NCBI RefSeq assembly: GCF_963921235.1
Contig: NC_086097.1
Location: 24,120,001 to 24,184,000 of the forward strand
Length of the DNA stretch: 64,000 bases
Reading direction: 5' to 3'
Source: Mobula hypostoma
Lineage: Eukaryota
Part shown: piece after piece, positions 63,715-64,000 of the stretch
How positions within the stretch are numbered: position 1 is the first letter of the stretch
Layout of the letters: every line of letters starts with the position of its first letter
Translations under genes and position numbers: made by a program
The notes under the pieces: generated by a model
Database searches by the model: none
What the model was told of the DNA's origin: nothing
The model's input: the letters and a program-made list of their open reading frames with translations, nothing else

Positions 63715-64000
63715 TCAAGACCGTAGGGAATGATACCATTAAGAAAGTCTTTCACTACAAGTACCTCGGGTCAAGAATGATGAGTTTGGAGAAGGACATA
63801 AAGATACGGAAGGCGCTGGCGTGGCGGGCTATGAACAACATGAAGGAAATCTGGAAGTCGACCTGACCAGAGGACTTAAAAAGAGGATTTTCATAGCAGT
63901 CATAGAGTCCATTCTAATGTACGGATGCGAGACGTGGACACTCACCAAGATGATGCGAAAGTCTCCAGATTGTTGCTATACACGAATACTCTGGATGGCT
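63715..64000 (+). mobile_element. RTE-like LINE RT C-terminal fragment, runs off the window
   Basis: YKYLGS.M...KDI..RKALAW.AMN.M..IWKS and F.AVIESILMYGCETWTLTK. Confidence 0.82.

Overview
Repeat-dominated vertebrate genomic DNA, most likely intronic or intergenic. The repeat complement (abundant CR1 and Rex1/Babar LINEs, V-domain/HE1-like SINEs, Penelope remnants) suggests a cartilaginous fish; that assignment is inference. No complete protein-coding gene can be read, and nearly all ORFs in the track are decayed TE fragments or noise. Supported elements: CR1, Rex1/Babar and RTE LINE fragments; V-SINEs and tRNA-headed SINEs; an internally deleted BEL/Pao LTR element with a tRNA-iMet PBS; two Charlie-type hAT elements with 8-bp TSDs; a zinc-finger hAT-like element; Tigger-like and Tc1-like remnants. 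Highlights: (1) more than a dozen Penelope-derived terminal repeats carrying a minimal type I hammerhead ribozyme motif, one with an intact core (2557-2592, minus) and several arranged as fold-back pairs; (2) an ancient degenerate 34-bp tandem array scattered over about 3-26 kb by later TE insertions; (3) a perfect, spacer-less 250-bp palindrome (6574-6823); (4) a composite Charlie element that travels with a captured CR1 tail; (5) a tentative + strand host gene 5' end (CpG-retaining region near 1-5 kb and a candidate ATG-bearing exon at 28001-28283). TE boundaries were read by eye and are approximate unless TIRs or TSDs are quoted.
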